Shown: positions 1-13,144 of the stretch, in pieces | Numbering within the stretch: position 1 is the stretch's first letter | How the letters are laid out: every line of letters begins with the position of its first letter | Source: Auanema rhodensis | Lineage: Eukaryota; Animalia; Nematoda | Length of the DNA stretch: 64,000 nucleotides | Reading direction: 5' to 3' | NCBI GenBank assembly: GCA_964057225.1 | Contig: OZ059894.1 | Coordinates: 15,252,001 to 15,316,000 of the forward strand | The notes under the pieces: model-generated | What the model was told of the DNA's origin: nothing | The model's input: the letters and a program-made list of their open reading frames with translations, nothing else | The model's database searches: none | Program-made: the position numbers and the translations under genes

Positions 1-66
1 TATACTAATCTGTTTGAAGAGCAGATCCTACTGAAGGCGGGGCTTTATGCCATTCAACATCCAACT

Positions 67-2257
67 ATGGCCATGAGACCAGCGGTGAAGAGGTAAAAAT
101 TTTTATTTGCAATATAAGCTAAAATCTTTATTATTTATTATATTTTATATATTATATATTATTTTTATTTTAAAATATTTATTTTTTCTCATTTATTTTC
201 AAATATAACACATACTTCTGATAAAATACTCTTGATTATTGCTTCAAAAGTTGTGCAAAGTGATTTGTAGAATAACTTCTAAATCTTTTCAAACTTTTAA
301 ATACGTCATAAACTTTTTATTTTGCATAAAACATTTATTTTTCAAAATATTCGTAATAAGTTCAAGAAAAGGTTTAATAGCTTAAAACATTATGTAAAAT
401 TTATTGTTTTTTATTTATTTTTTAAAAGAAAAAAAGAACAAAATTATAAATGACAAATGAAAATCGTGTATATGTATATTACATCATACATTCTATTTTA
501 ATCTCGTTGCTTTAATATCATAATCCAACTCAAGGATTTCCCCACGTAATGATCTACTTAAAAACAAAAAATTGAAAGTCAATCTGGAAAAAAAATCTTC
601 TTTGATGTCTAAATATTTGTGAAAAATGTTTTTATTCACATTTATTTTAAAGCCATAAATGTTAGTAGAACACGTGGATTTTCTATCATATTTTACTATA
701 AAATATATTTTTATTATTATTATAATAATCATATATTAAAAAACAATATATGTTGCATCAAAAGCATTAAATCAAACAACTTGAACAAAGATTAGTTTCA
801 TCTCGTTTTTTCAGTATTCTGGCATGTATACAATCACGACCTCGTCTACTTCTATTATCCTGGTTTTTGGTCACTGTGCTTTTGTTTTCACTTGTTTTTG
901 TCAGAGAATTCTTCAGAATTCATGAAAAAGAGGTGAATGTCTAGAACATTTTCAATGAACTATTTAAAAAAAATTATATTCATAAGCATAGTACAGCATA
1001 GTCAAAAAATCTTTAGATAGATTTATCAATTAATTTAAAAAATATTTATTTATTTTCAGAAATCAATCAATATTCTACGAATAATAAAACAAGGTTTGAT
1101 TAAAATATAATAAAATATATATTTAGTTATTTAAATTTATATATTTATAGATTGTTTTTCAACGTTATGTATACTGATTATTCCACTTATTTTCTATATT
1201 CTTAGATTATCTCTAACTGTATTCATTTCACTTGGATTATCATCCTTTCTTATGTGGTCATTATTACAATTATTTCAATTTATTCATTCATTTTCTACAT
1301 CATTTTCTATTATAATATCATTAAATATTTATATAACAATGGTTAATATTAATTGTTTAAAACATAGTTGGGATACAACAAGGTAAGATCACATATCTTA
1401 CTGTTCATCTTAATATTTTCTTTTAATCTTTTTCTCATTTCAGAAAAGGTCCATGTACAGCAACAATCACAAAATTACTTTATAGTAGTGTGGATAAAAG
1501 CATTTATCAAGTTATATGTTCATTTATGCTTTTTGCTTTTTTATCTTTACCAGTATTAATTTTTAAACCAATTCTTAATTCTTGGACAATTATTTCAATA
1601 CTTCTATCATTAATTATTCAAAATATTTGTGCTTTTACAACTACATTAGCTTTATTACTAATTCGTAATGAAGTAGTTTCTGTAAGAAATGTTTTATCTT
1701 TTCGTTTTAAAACATATTTTTTATATTTTCAGGCATTTCCTCAAGTTTCTTGGCCATCACTTCTAAAGAAATGTATTCATTCCATACATCGTATGATATA
1801 TTCAATATTACATATACTAAGAAGATGTATACATTGTATGTTTACATCAATTAGTAGAATATTTATAATTATACTATCTATATGTATAACTATATCATTT
1901 GGGTTTGACTTTTTTTTAAAACTTATAAGATTTGTTATTTATATTTTCAGTAGTATAATCATCATGCATACTATATCAGAAAAAGTATTTGAGAATATCT
2001 TCAAGAATCATGACGTATTTATTGACTTTTTTTGCATGTTTTCTTTATTAATAGTATATTTAGGGATCATTATTCAATAACTTACAGCCATTTTTGGCAT
2101 TTTTCTTGTTTGTTTTCATCCCAATACCTATTCTTCATTTATCTAATCATAAGCACTGGAGCAATATTATTGCTTTCTTTACCATGTTGATGATTATAAT
2201 AACATCAATTGGTCTTAATATTGTTAGTTATTTAAACTATACTTTATAATATTACTA

Positions 2258-2300
<43 letters not shown>

Positions 2301-3860
2301 ATAAATATTTATTTTTTCAGGTCATAACACAAAATCTTCCAAGCTTGAACTTAGTGGATTGTCTATTTCTCTTTATTCTAGTTGTTGATGGTCCATTTAG
2401 ATTTTGTATATCTAATCTTCAATTACAGTCAGTTTTTGTATAATTTATATTAAATATATAAATTAAAATTAATTTAGTCGGCGTCGTTCAACTACTCGAG
2501 TACTGAATATATTTGAAAATGTGATGAGTCAAGTTATTGTACCAAATAGCATTCTATTAGTTATTTGCTATATTAATTATAAAAATAATGAAAATGTAAG
2601 AAAATCTAATTATTTTATAAACGTTTTAAAAATAATTTTATGTTTCTTTTTCTAGATTTGGCAGATTATAGCTATCGTATCATTGACGGCAATGCTGTAC
2701 AACACATTATTCTGTCCATCAGCATTAATGCTTTGTGGTATAATCATAAATGCTTATGACTAATTTATACATATAATTTTAGTTGATAAACAGATATGCG
2801 GAGCGGTATATACTAATTCGGAAAGAAGTTCGTTAACAACTGATTTTCAATCAACTTCTATGAGAAATCATGATTTGTATAGTACAAATAGTCGAAAATA
2901 TAGTCATGCATCTGCACATGGTTTGTCCCCTCTTTTCATTATATATAGATTAGCTTTGTTCAAACTTAAAACTTACTTTTTCCTTGTACTATCTGAAATT
3001 TTTATGCAAATTTTCTTTTTATTTTCTTTCCCAGCATAGCAAAGAGCGGTTGCGCTTGAGAGCAAATATAAATCATCTCGTGATTTAGCTTTCTAGAATT
3101 CATGAAGTATTCGTTTACCTTTTTAGGATTAATTAATACTTTTCTAGAAATATCTTGAAACTTTTCTCAAATAACCAATTAGTTAATAAGCATTCTAATG
3201 ATGTATAAGATTACTAATATATCTCTTATTTAATGTCAAGTATCTATTTGATTCTATTTGAATGAAACAACATAGTTAATAATTACAAAATCGTTAATTA
3301 TTTTATATTTAATCTTATAACGAATACTAAATGAGTTATTCTTGTTAATATTCTCTACTCATTTCATAAAGAAAATTCCACTTAAAGCAAAGCAGGAAGT
3401 GAAATATGTGAGCACTAGGTTACAGAAAATGCAAAGCCGCTTAGATATTCTTTTTGATCTTCGGATTATATTTGGAAAACATTCTAGTATATGACAGAAT
3501 GAAAATTGATATCAATTTTTTAATTTTATTCTCCAAAATATCTTCAGGAATGTACCAAAAGCGTTCGTTTTGCATGCAACCAATGAACATTCGTCGTGCA
3601 TCTATGCCAGTTGTGATGCAACAGCGTATTAACCACAAGTAAGCTAAATTTAAAATATTATATTATATTAATTTGAAACAGAATATCTATATATTTATAT
3701 ATTCAGAGCATGGTCAGAATTAGCCAAAAAATGTCAAAGCATGGATTCAAACACTTCGCCGACTTCTTCATCTAAATCCATTTTTCGACGAGAACGTAGT
3801 AGTCATGGTTCAATGGTATCATCATCTTCTCTCACTCAGCCTATTACCGAAGAAGATTAA
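67..3860 (+). CDS. ~568 aa polytopic membrane protein (about 12 TM), Dispatched/Patched (RND/SSD)-like core lacking the large extracellular loops
   Basis: 14 exons with GT-AG borders join in one frame: 67-92, 815-932, 1060-1093, 1151-1382, 1444-1681, 1733-1902, 1951-2014, 2088-2222, 2321-2427, 2478-2595, 2656-2737, 2783-2920, 3548-3638, 3707-3860 (1707 nt). The hydrophobic pattern is 1+5 / 1+5 TM. Segments KHSWDTTRKGPCTATITKLLYSSVDKS and LVVDGPFRFCISNLQLHRRRSTTRVLNIFENVMSQV resemble the post-TM4 and TM10 regions of Dispatched. The frame is open from base 1, so the true start may lie upstream. The gene model is well supported; the family call is inference. Confidence 0.75.
2261..2297. repeat. 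(TA)n microsatellite, intronic
   Basis: Pure AT dinucleotide run. Confidence 0.95.
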
Positions 3861-4196
3861 TTGATTCAAATAGTATATTAATAAAAAAGATTAGGTATTA
3901 AATAATAAATATTTTAATTAATAGTTATTTCTTCATACAAAAATATTAAAAAAATTAAAATAAAAAGAATTTATGTAACTTTATGTATGTACATTAATTA
4001 ATAATAATGTGAGATCTGATCAATTTATTTATTAAAGAGTGTGATCCTAATGTTAAGAGAGAATACAACTTCAGTAAACATTATTAAGGTATATAAGAAT
4101 TACTGTAGAATATTGAAAATTGAAACGTTCTCTTAGTTTTTTTTCGTAATCGTACTCCTTTCATGTAATCATATCATATAACTAGATACGAACAGA

Positions 4197-4732
4197 TCAA
4201 ATTGGAAAATCATTAACATAAAGAGTTTCTTCAGGAAGAAGCTTCCGAATAACGTCTAAAAATTGACAAACATCCTTGACTGTAAATCCTTTCATGAATG
4301 GCTCATTTGCTTCAATTATAACATGGAAAAACAATCGATAACATCGTTTTTCTAACCTAATAAATTATATATTTATATATTTCTTATATCTAATTATATA
4401 AATTATATACCTATTAACATCCAAAGCCCACCAAATGGGGGTGAAAGGTGTACCCCATGCACTTACTCTACAAGCTTCATTAGGACCATTCTGTTTAACA
4501 TAGTATACAGCTTGAATGTTACTTAAACGAATAACCTACAATATGAAAAAATAAAAAAAAATAAGAATATGATATAGCTTACCTTAGACTGTTTGGTAGG
4601 AAAAAAATATTTTTTAATCACCAACTTATCATTATAAATAGTACAATAATCATCCTCATATCGAGGTGAATCACGTGTTTTAGTTGAAGCACTTAGAAAT
4701 GGTAAACGTTTTCGAAAACTCTTTGACGACAT
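4197..4732 (-). CDS. 144 aa cytosolic protein of a PH-domain-like family (YxD...YFFP...WG...WWALD motif)
   Basis: Exons 4732-4583, 4535-4411 and 4356-4197 give MSSKSFRKRLPF...YEDDYCTIYNDKLVIKKYFFPTKQSKVIRLSNIQAVYY...SAWGTPFTPIWWALDVNR...KGFTVKDVCQFLDVIRKLLPEETLYVNDFPI*. Confidence 0.85.
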
Positions 4733-5030
4733 CAATAATAATTCTTTAGAATTTTCGAACAAAGTGAAAAAAAATGAAAAATGTCTCCAAAATAGCTAAA
4801 TTTTTTATGATTTGTAAGCCATAATCAATGTACGAAATGAAAAGTCAAAGGATTAGTGCAAATGATGATAAAAGAATTAATGAGAAAACAGTTTTGAAAT
4901 AGAATTAACATGTTGAATTGAATTGATTAACGTGGGTTGGCAATTTTCGATAGCGCAATATTCTAAAATGATAGTTCACGGGAATCACGTAAATTATTTT
5001 ATTTATTTTAATTTTAAGAAAAACTGGTTT

Positions 5031-5905
5031 ATGATGAATAAGGCTTTAATAATTATTTTAATTTATTTTGCTAATACGGTAATTATAATTAAAATTTATT
5101 TTTTAAAATAAAAAAATATAGATGAAAAGGAAGAAAGAAATCTAAAATAAATATTTATTTAATTTAGATTTCTTGCAAATTATTAGAAAATGAACTATTG
5201 TTAGATATTTATGTAGAAGATTCAGCTTGTCGCTGTATGGTAGATTTGAGTTATAGAATAAATTTAAAAATTATTTTTAAGCTTCATCGACAGTTTCATC
5301 CTTCTTCCTATTTCCAACAACTTTATCCCCAAGCAACAAGATTGTCTCTTGGTTTCCTATAGGTAGTTCAAATTTTACAACAGAAAGATTTGGAAAAAGA
5401 TATATTGTCAGTTAATATTAGAATTTTAAAATAATATTTAATAATTTATTTAATTTTGATTATTATAACATTTATATTATTTTAGGGTTATCATCAATTA
5501 GATAATCTTCTAGATTGTTTTGAAGATATATCTCAAATTGTAAGTCTTTTTTTCTTTTCTTTTTTTTTTGAATTTGCAATGTATCTTCATTTAGGATACA
5601 AAAGCCTGTGTACCAACAGCCGAAGTAATTTTCATTCATTTTCATAATGATCCTGTTGATACATGGAATATTGCAAGAATAATAGTTACTGTTTCATTTC
5701 GAATGGAAGAAAAAATGTAGAAATTTCTTCAATTTTTGAATTGAAAAAATTTGTTTTCAGACACAAATGGCAGTTTGTTCATCAGTTACGTCATACGTGT
5801 TCAAATTTCATAGATGAAAACGCATTTTATCAAATTGGACCTGATCCTGGTGCATTCAAGAAGTGGCATAACATGACAGCTCCCAGACATGGAGAACGAC
5901 TATAA
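5031..5905 (+). CDS. 186 aa secreted protein, possible PLAT/LH2-like beta-sandwich
   Basis: Exons 5031-5078, 5168-5234, 5282-5406, 5486-5539, 5595-5716 and 5761-5905 are in frame (561 nt). Signal peptide MMNKALIIILIYFANTISC; motif FIHFHNDPVDTWNIARIIVTV. The fold call is weak. Confidence 0.75.
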
Positions 5906-6196
5906 TAGCTATAAGATAGTATACATATGTATATTTATGTATATAATTATTTTAAATAATTTGTTTTGTTAATTTTAATATTTTTATCTATTTAGCTGTA
6001 TTAAATAAATGAAGATACAACTATTTTAAATATAATAAACATCAAGTTCATATATGAGTAATCTTATGAAACACAGATCGGTTGCTTTTTCAAAAAATTT
6101 TTATTTAATGTAAAATTTGAAATAAAACAAAAAATCTATTAAATTCTGTTGGTTTTGCCTATTTTGCATGCATGATCTGTTATTCAGATTAATGTT

Positions 6197-9100
6197 TTAG
6201 AATCTTTTTGTTTTTTGATCATCATTTTTTGCTGTATCATCTGTATGTCTATTCAGTCCTAATAACTTTGCTTCAAGTTTTCCGGTTCCAATTTCAAAAA
6301 CAGCACATCTAGATAAGTTATATGTATAGGAATAATATAAAGCTTAGAACATACAGTAAGATTGCTGAAAGTGATGTCAAAACAAATGCTGGAATGTATG
6401 TAGTGACAATCTATAATCAATAGTTGAGAATGTTTCATAAGCTCGAATATGCTCAAACCATTTGAGTCCAGCTTGAAAGAACATATCTTTGTCCATGTAA
6501 TGATCCCATCCAGAATAATATACTCATATGTAGCAGGTAGATAGAGTATGATAATCGTCCAATTGGAATGAAGATAGGCAATGACAGGAACTTGTTAACA
6601 ATTCCTAAATCTTATTAAGTTTTATAAAAATTATGTGATAATAACCTCCATAGTTATGATAACATGCATATGTAATATATGATAAACAAACTGCCCAAAG
6701 TGGCTTACTAACAGCTGAATAGATACCACGAGGAATAATTGGAATCAAATGACCCTAAGGGTATTCAGAAAATTATAAAATATTTTAATAGAAAAGTTAT
6801 ACCTGGAAGTAATGATAAAGAATATGAACTAGAACAAACATTGTTATTAAACATAATGAAAAGATTATTATATTCAAATACTGAAATACATTTTATAATT
6901 TTTATTAAAATAATGTTTTTACTTACTTTTGGAATTCTAATACGATTTGTTGTTTGCATGAAATGTCCAAGCATTATTCCAATAAGATATGGAGGAAAAC
7001 GAATCCATGGAGCATCATATACTAGTAAAGTATATTTTCTTGAATTTTAAATTATTATAAAGAAATAATGATGAAGAGAAACATACGAGAAAGGTTCTGT
7101 CATTTCAGGATCAACAGGAATTGAATTACCAGGAGCATCTGATGGTGGGAAATGATAGATAATGATAGTTACAGCTTGAGCAATAATAGAAAGTGTAAGT
7201 AATATAACTATAATAATAATTAATAAATATGTTTATTAAAATTAAAAAATGATTATAAACCATTACCTGAAAAGATATAACCTCCTATTCTATGATATGA
7301 AAATGCTATTAGAACTATAGGTGCAAAAGCAAAAATTTGAAAATCAGTTGAAAGATACCATGATGATATATAACACTAAATAATAATTAAAAATAATAAT
7401 TAAGATAAAAGATTACTGTATCATCTAAATCTTTATAATTGCTGATGTATAAGAAATTCCTCCACCAAATTTGCTTGCAACTATCGAGAGGATAATAAGT
7501 AAACTGAAAGACACAATAGATTACATTTTTAAAAAAATATAATTTTCAATACAGCTAATACTGATTTTCGTAGAATTTCTGGAGTTACCCATGTATGAAA
7601 AGCTAATACTATATAGTAAGCAGGTGACAATCTATAATACTGATATAAAGAAATGTTTATTTAATGATTTACCTAAGTATACGATGAACATAGTACATAA
7701 TCCATCGAATAAGTGAAAAAGCATAATTTTTGTTATTTTTTGCCTTAAATAGTATTTTTTTAATAAAAATTATAAAATATTTTCTTACATATTTGAAAAA
7801 TAAGAAACCGGTCAAAAACCCAGAAATATAGAAAAAGGTATCAACTGAAAAATAAGCATTTACCAACCACATCATGTTAAAATCATGAACAATATTTTGA
7901 ACAACCAATGGATTATCTATAATTTTATATGATATAAACTATTAAGTTTTCTTTTCTTTTATCTTACCACTCATCATTAAATATATTAAAAGTACATGAC
8001 CAGCTATTACCCAACCTATAGTAAATGCTCTAAAATTAAAAATAATTTCTTATATAAATAATTTGTTTAATCATAATATGTCTTACCGTACTCCATTTAG
8101 CATTGTAATTTGTCCTGGTTTTATTCTTGTATCAAATATTTCTTTTATATTTGTATATAAAGAAAAGCATAAAGTACATTCAACCCAATAATCTGAAAAA
8201 AAAGGTTTTGTTTAAAAATATTTTAAGAACTCAAATATACTCTTTATCACAGTTGAATGTTCTTGTTTATTTGAAGCAACAATATAATAATCAACAGTTG
8301 TACCAAATAGAGTAATAACACCAAAAATTGCTAAAATTCCTCTGCAAAAATTACGATTTCAAACGGTTTTCGTGTAGTTAAGTTCTTACAAGACTATATA
8401 GCTTCCGAAATCAAATCTTGATTCATCTTCCATACATTTAACATTACAAACCTTAGTTAATGGTACATCTGAATAAAATTATGTGAAAAGCTGTCAGAGT
8501 TTGAAGGATTTTGCTCAGGTTCACCTATATCAGTTACGGATTGTAATTCATGTTGGCATGATTTCGGTATGCAAACATCAATACCCAACATCGGTTTTTT
8601 ATAAATTTGTTCTTGAACAGTAGATGCACATCCACTGTATAGTTATAGTTATAATAATTAATTATACAAGATATAGACTAACATATTTGGAATTGATACA
8701 TGTACTCGACAATATTTTCCTTCCAATGGCCGCCTTCTTTTCTCAATAACTTGAGAAATATCTTGACATTCCTGTAATAATCCTGTCCAGATTAACTTTC
8801 CATCCATGATTCCAGATGGTATTTTAGTTGAAGCATCCAATACTTAATAATTATATGAAATATATATTCACATATTTTATATAAAATACATTTTACTATA
8901 GTTAAATTTGATTTTAACTCTCGTGTATGTCCGCTTTTCATGACGCTCATCAATTGCTCTTCCAAATAATCAATATCATCACGACATTCTTCACTAAAGC
9001 CTTTCTTTTCAAGTTTATTAAGAACATCTAAAAAAGAAAAAAATAAACATAAAAACAAAAAAAAACAGTAAAGGAGGAAATATGTCACCTTGAAAACTGA

Positions 9101-9230
9101 ATTTTTCAATCTTTTTGGAAATAAGCCATAGAAGCATTGATGCAGCAGATTTTTCGGATTTTGCAACACATAGTATAGCCAAATGAAAGCATAAAATAAA
9201 AAAAGTAATGAGAGTACGTATAGAGGCCAT
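6197..9230 (-). CDS. NRF-6/OAC-family protein (NRF domain plus acyltransferase-3 multi-TM domain)
   Basis: Signal peptide MASIRTLITFFILCFHLAILCVA; NRF-domain motif LDASTKIPSGIMDGKLIWTGLLQEC; acyltransferase-3 motifs NAYFSVDTFFYISGFL, YYVHRILR, SWYLSTDFQ, YDAPWIRFPPYLIG, PIGRLSYSIYLLH; multi-exon, stop at 6197. Confidence 0.93.
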
Positions 9231-9546
9231 TTTGACTGAAGAATATGACAAAGTAATTCAACAAGCTTATCATATCAATAACTATTTTTAATAAATAACA
9301 ATCACACACTTATCATTGTTAAAGTAAAAATATTTCATATTACATTAATCATTGTTTATTTATAATAATAACATTAAAGAATTGACCTTTTTTTATTGTT
9401 TAAAATATTTTAAACCTTACTTCAAATCTGAGTAATTGCTTACAACTATAGTACGTATTTGTTTTCCTTGATTATGTATTCATCTCTTTTAATATTTGAA
9501 AAGAGAGGAAGAGAAAGGACTAGGAAGGAAGTAAGAAAGAGAAAGA

Positions 9547-9556
9547 GTGTGTGTGT

Positions 9557-9600
<44 letters not shown>
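9547..9600. repeat. (GT)n(GA)n compound microsatellite
   Basis: Short GT run followed by about 20 GA units. Confidence 0.95.
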
Positions 9601-9607
<7 letters not shown>

Positions 9608-10420
9608 CTTGCAATATACATAATATAAGTTAATTGAATAGCATAGAAAAATTCTTTAAATCAGTTATATGAAATGTATGTAATATTTGAAACTCATACA
9701 CATATACAGATGTATATATGTATATTCATGCATTATAATTGAATTAATCAATATCTATATCGACATACTAAGCAACTCTTCTTTTAATTTCAATTTAAAA
9801 AAAGAAAAAACCTTTTACCTAAAGCCTATTTAAGCGTATTCAAAGTCAATTATATTTATATATACATATATACATATGTCATATATTATTATAAATAATT
9901 TATTATAATATTTTAAATATTTCTGTACATTCATTCAATATATAGATTAAACATTAATCTTTACTCTTAATTCAGTATAATAGGTTTTAGTAAGTTGTTC
10001 TATTTTCAAGCTTATCATTGAATTATTTCAGCATTTGCTATGGCTTCGTCTTCACTAATCCATTTCTTATTTGGTATTAGCCTGTGTATCGACTGATGTT
10101 CTACTTTATACATATTCTCCTTCAAATATCCTCATATACAGACAATATGTATGTGAATACACATTTAGAAGTAAGCCTGAAAATCTGGCAACATTAGCTC
10201 TTTTCCTTTTATTTTTCAAATTTTTTTTGCTTAAATCTCTTCTTATTTTATTTTAGCATCGTTATCTTTCTCTTTTCTGATAGTTTGTGTATGATGTCAA
10301 TAGCTTTATCCACATCTCGTACTGATTTCATTTCCTTTTTTAGGATTTGTGACTCGAACTTGAAACAATTGTCTAAAACTCGCTACATGTTCGCTTGTTG
10401 ACAGCTTATCGAAGCTGTTC

Positions 10421-12731
10421 ATGTTTCTCTTTTTGAAGTTTTTTATTTTATTGAACTATATATGGTTATTACAAGCTCTTGAATGTTTTCAATGTACCGG
10501 TGATTATGAGGGTATTCGGTAGGTTTTTGTATGAGACAGAATGTTATTTGTTATTCATATTATTTAGATGTACTGATCCATGTAAAGGTGATATGTGTGT
10601 TATATGGAAATGGAAAACAAAATCAGAACTATTATTAAAACAAGTTAGTAATAAAAAATATTTTAATATAATATTAACTATATGTTATAATTTAGGGTTG
10701 TTTAAAAGGTGTAGATAAACGATATACAGCTAAACCTGGATGTAGAACCAATACATTGGGAGCAACGCTTTGTGTTTGCGAGTAAGAATATATTTTTTTG
10801 TATTAAGAAAGAAATAGAAGAAAATTATAAAATGATTGAAAAAGAAGAAAATTAGAAAAATAAGATAAAAGATGGTTAGTTTATAATCACGTCATGATTA
10901 TACTATTATTCACGTGAGATACGTGGCTTATTCTATTTTTAAATATTATAAAAGTGAACGGTTGTTCTTTCACCTAATAATTATTTTATTTAAAATATCT
11001 ATATACTATTATTATTATTTATTTCAGTGATGGTGACTTATGTAACCGGGTAGAAAGAACTGAAAACACAATTCGAAGTTTACCAACTATATCAATTCCA
11101 AATGTTGAATGTAGTAATCGTATAGTAAGATATTACTATATTTATTTTTTAAAAATAAAAAAAAATATTCCAGACAGGAACTGATATATATGGATCAAAA
11201 AGAATTCAATCATGTAATTCAAATTATTGTCATATGCTAAGAACAGAGGTAATATATTATATTCAATCTAAACAATATTAAATATAAATGTATCTATTTT
11301 ATTTTATTTGTTATATATTTATTTATTTAAAAAGATAAATACAAATTTATTTTTATTTCACAGATATTCTACGAGTCATCTGCTCCGGATGTCATCAACG
11401 TCTACAACTGTGCCGATCTTGCTGAATTCGATTTTGATGTGCGTCTGATGAACAGCATCAACTTTCCCGGACTCTATCCTAATGGATGCTACAAAGTCCA
11501 GACACGTCTGAAAGAAACAACAACAGATTGTACTTGCTCAAAGGTGATTAATTAATGAAAATAAACATGTTGGATGAATTTTTCGTCCCTGAAATCAGGC
11601 ATAGATGGGTACATTTTGTTTTGAAAAGGAATGTGTTATCAGCAATAAGAGTTCAGAAATAACAGAAGATTATAAGAGCGATTTACAGAATAATTGCAAC
11701 AGTGGAATGCCTGTTATTCAATCAGGGCCTGTACGATGCTATGTTGGTCAAAACTTCTTCAATGATAGCATGGTCAGAAAAAGCTTTTGTATTATTATAA
11801 ATTTAAGCTTATAACATAAGTTGTTTCAGATTGAAATGAATAGTTTCTGTGACGGAGACTATTGTTTTATTCAAAAAATTGATGGAAAATACATGAAAGG
11901 ATGTCTATCTGTAAATGAACGAAATACTTGGAGTCATATTCGTGTAAGATTACTTTAGAATTTGTTCAAAATTCCATATGATGAGATGTGTAGGCAAAGC
12001 ACATGTGATAATCACATTATTAGCGTTTACGTCATACGAACATGCTGTAGCTGAAAATGAATAGAAAAAGATAAAACTCATCATATTCAGGAATTTGAGA
12101 TGATTATGGAATTAGTAAAGTTTTAATTATAATCTCTTGACTATTGACCTCCATCTCTGATAAAATTGAATAAAGATAACTGATCTGATGAGCTATCTTT
12201 CGGTTGTGATTCCTCTATTCTATTTTTAAACAAAATTAATGATATCATAGGTATTCTCAACTAATTGATTAGAAACTTTTTTTTTCAAACTAAAGTTATA
12301 TGGATAAATCATATACATATGTACATTTATACATTCATATACATATACATACATATCTTTACAATATTAGATGATGAGCAAGACTACTTGAAAATTTATT
12401 TTTTCGTTCAATTTTCATGATTAGCAATAGATTAGAGCATCCTTGAGTCATTGTAAAACAATAAAACTATAATGGAAAAGCCTGCTTTTGCCACAAAAAT
12501 ATGATATTCGCCTATCAGAAATATCAAATTTTCCAGATTGGTCATCGACACATTGTTGGAGTCGACCAGTGGCTCTGTCAGTCACATCTGTGCAATTCTG
12601 ATATTTTGCGATGGAACCGTTCTATAACACCATATATTGCATCACATCTTCCCAGCCGGTTCATGAACATCAGTTCCAAATCGTCAATTCACATATTTTA
12701 TATTTTAATTTTAATTAATTATATAATATAA
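10421..12731 (+). CDS. Cysteine-rich surface protein with three tandem three-finger (Ly6/uPAR-like) domains and a GPI-type C-terminus
   Basis: Signal MFLFLKFFILLNYIWLLQA, then LECFQC...CTDPCKGDMC...GC...CVCDDGDLCN; a second unit VEC...SCNSNYC...CTCSKNNCN; a third unit VRCY...FCDGDYC...GC...LCQSHLCN; hydrophobic tail IHIFYILILINYII*. Nine coding exons splice in frame. Confidence 0.85.
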
Positions 12732-13144
12732 TATAATTAATTAAAATAAAAAATTGTGAATATTGTACAGTTAAATATATGTATAAGTTATTCTTTTATC
12801 TTATTTTTTGTCTAATATAATCTCTTGTAATGTACGAACCGGACCACAAGGATTTTATCATTTTAATATTTTGTCTTAGAAACATTTTTTTTTCCATGAA
12901 AGTAAAATATTTTCTTGTATCTATATATATTTTTATACTATGTGTATATTTTTTTATACAAAAAAAAAATAATTTTATTAATACAATATTTATGTGAAAA
13001 AATATTTTTCAATATTCATAGAATATACAATTTGAATACAATCTGTATTATGACTCAAGAATAGAGGTTAAAGTTCTGGAAATTATTTCAATTTTTCAAT
13101 TTGAAAAAAACAATTTTTGTCATTATTAAACTAAATTAGTTAAT

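Noticed and set aside
3031-3090. tRNA A-box-like text (TAGCAAAGAGCGG) in an intron
   Set aside because: No B-box or cloverleaf; read as an exon it gives an immediate stop
11978-12054. ATGATGA...CTGA pair in an intron (possible C/D snoRNA)
   Set aside because: No terminal stem and no guide that I can match to rRNA
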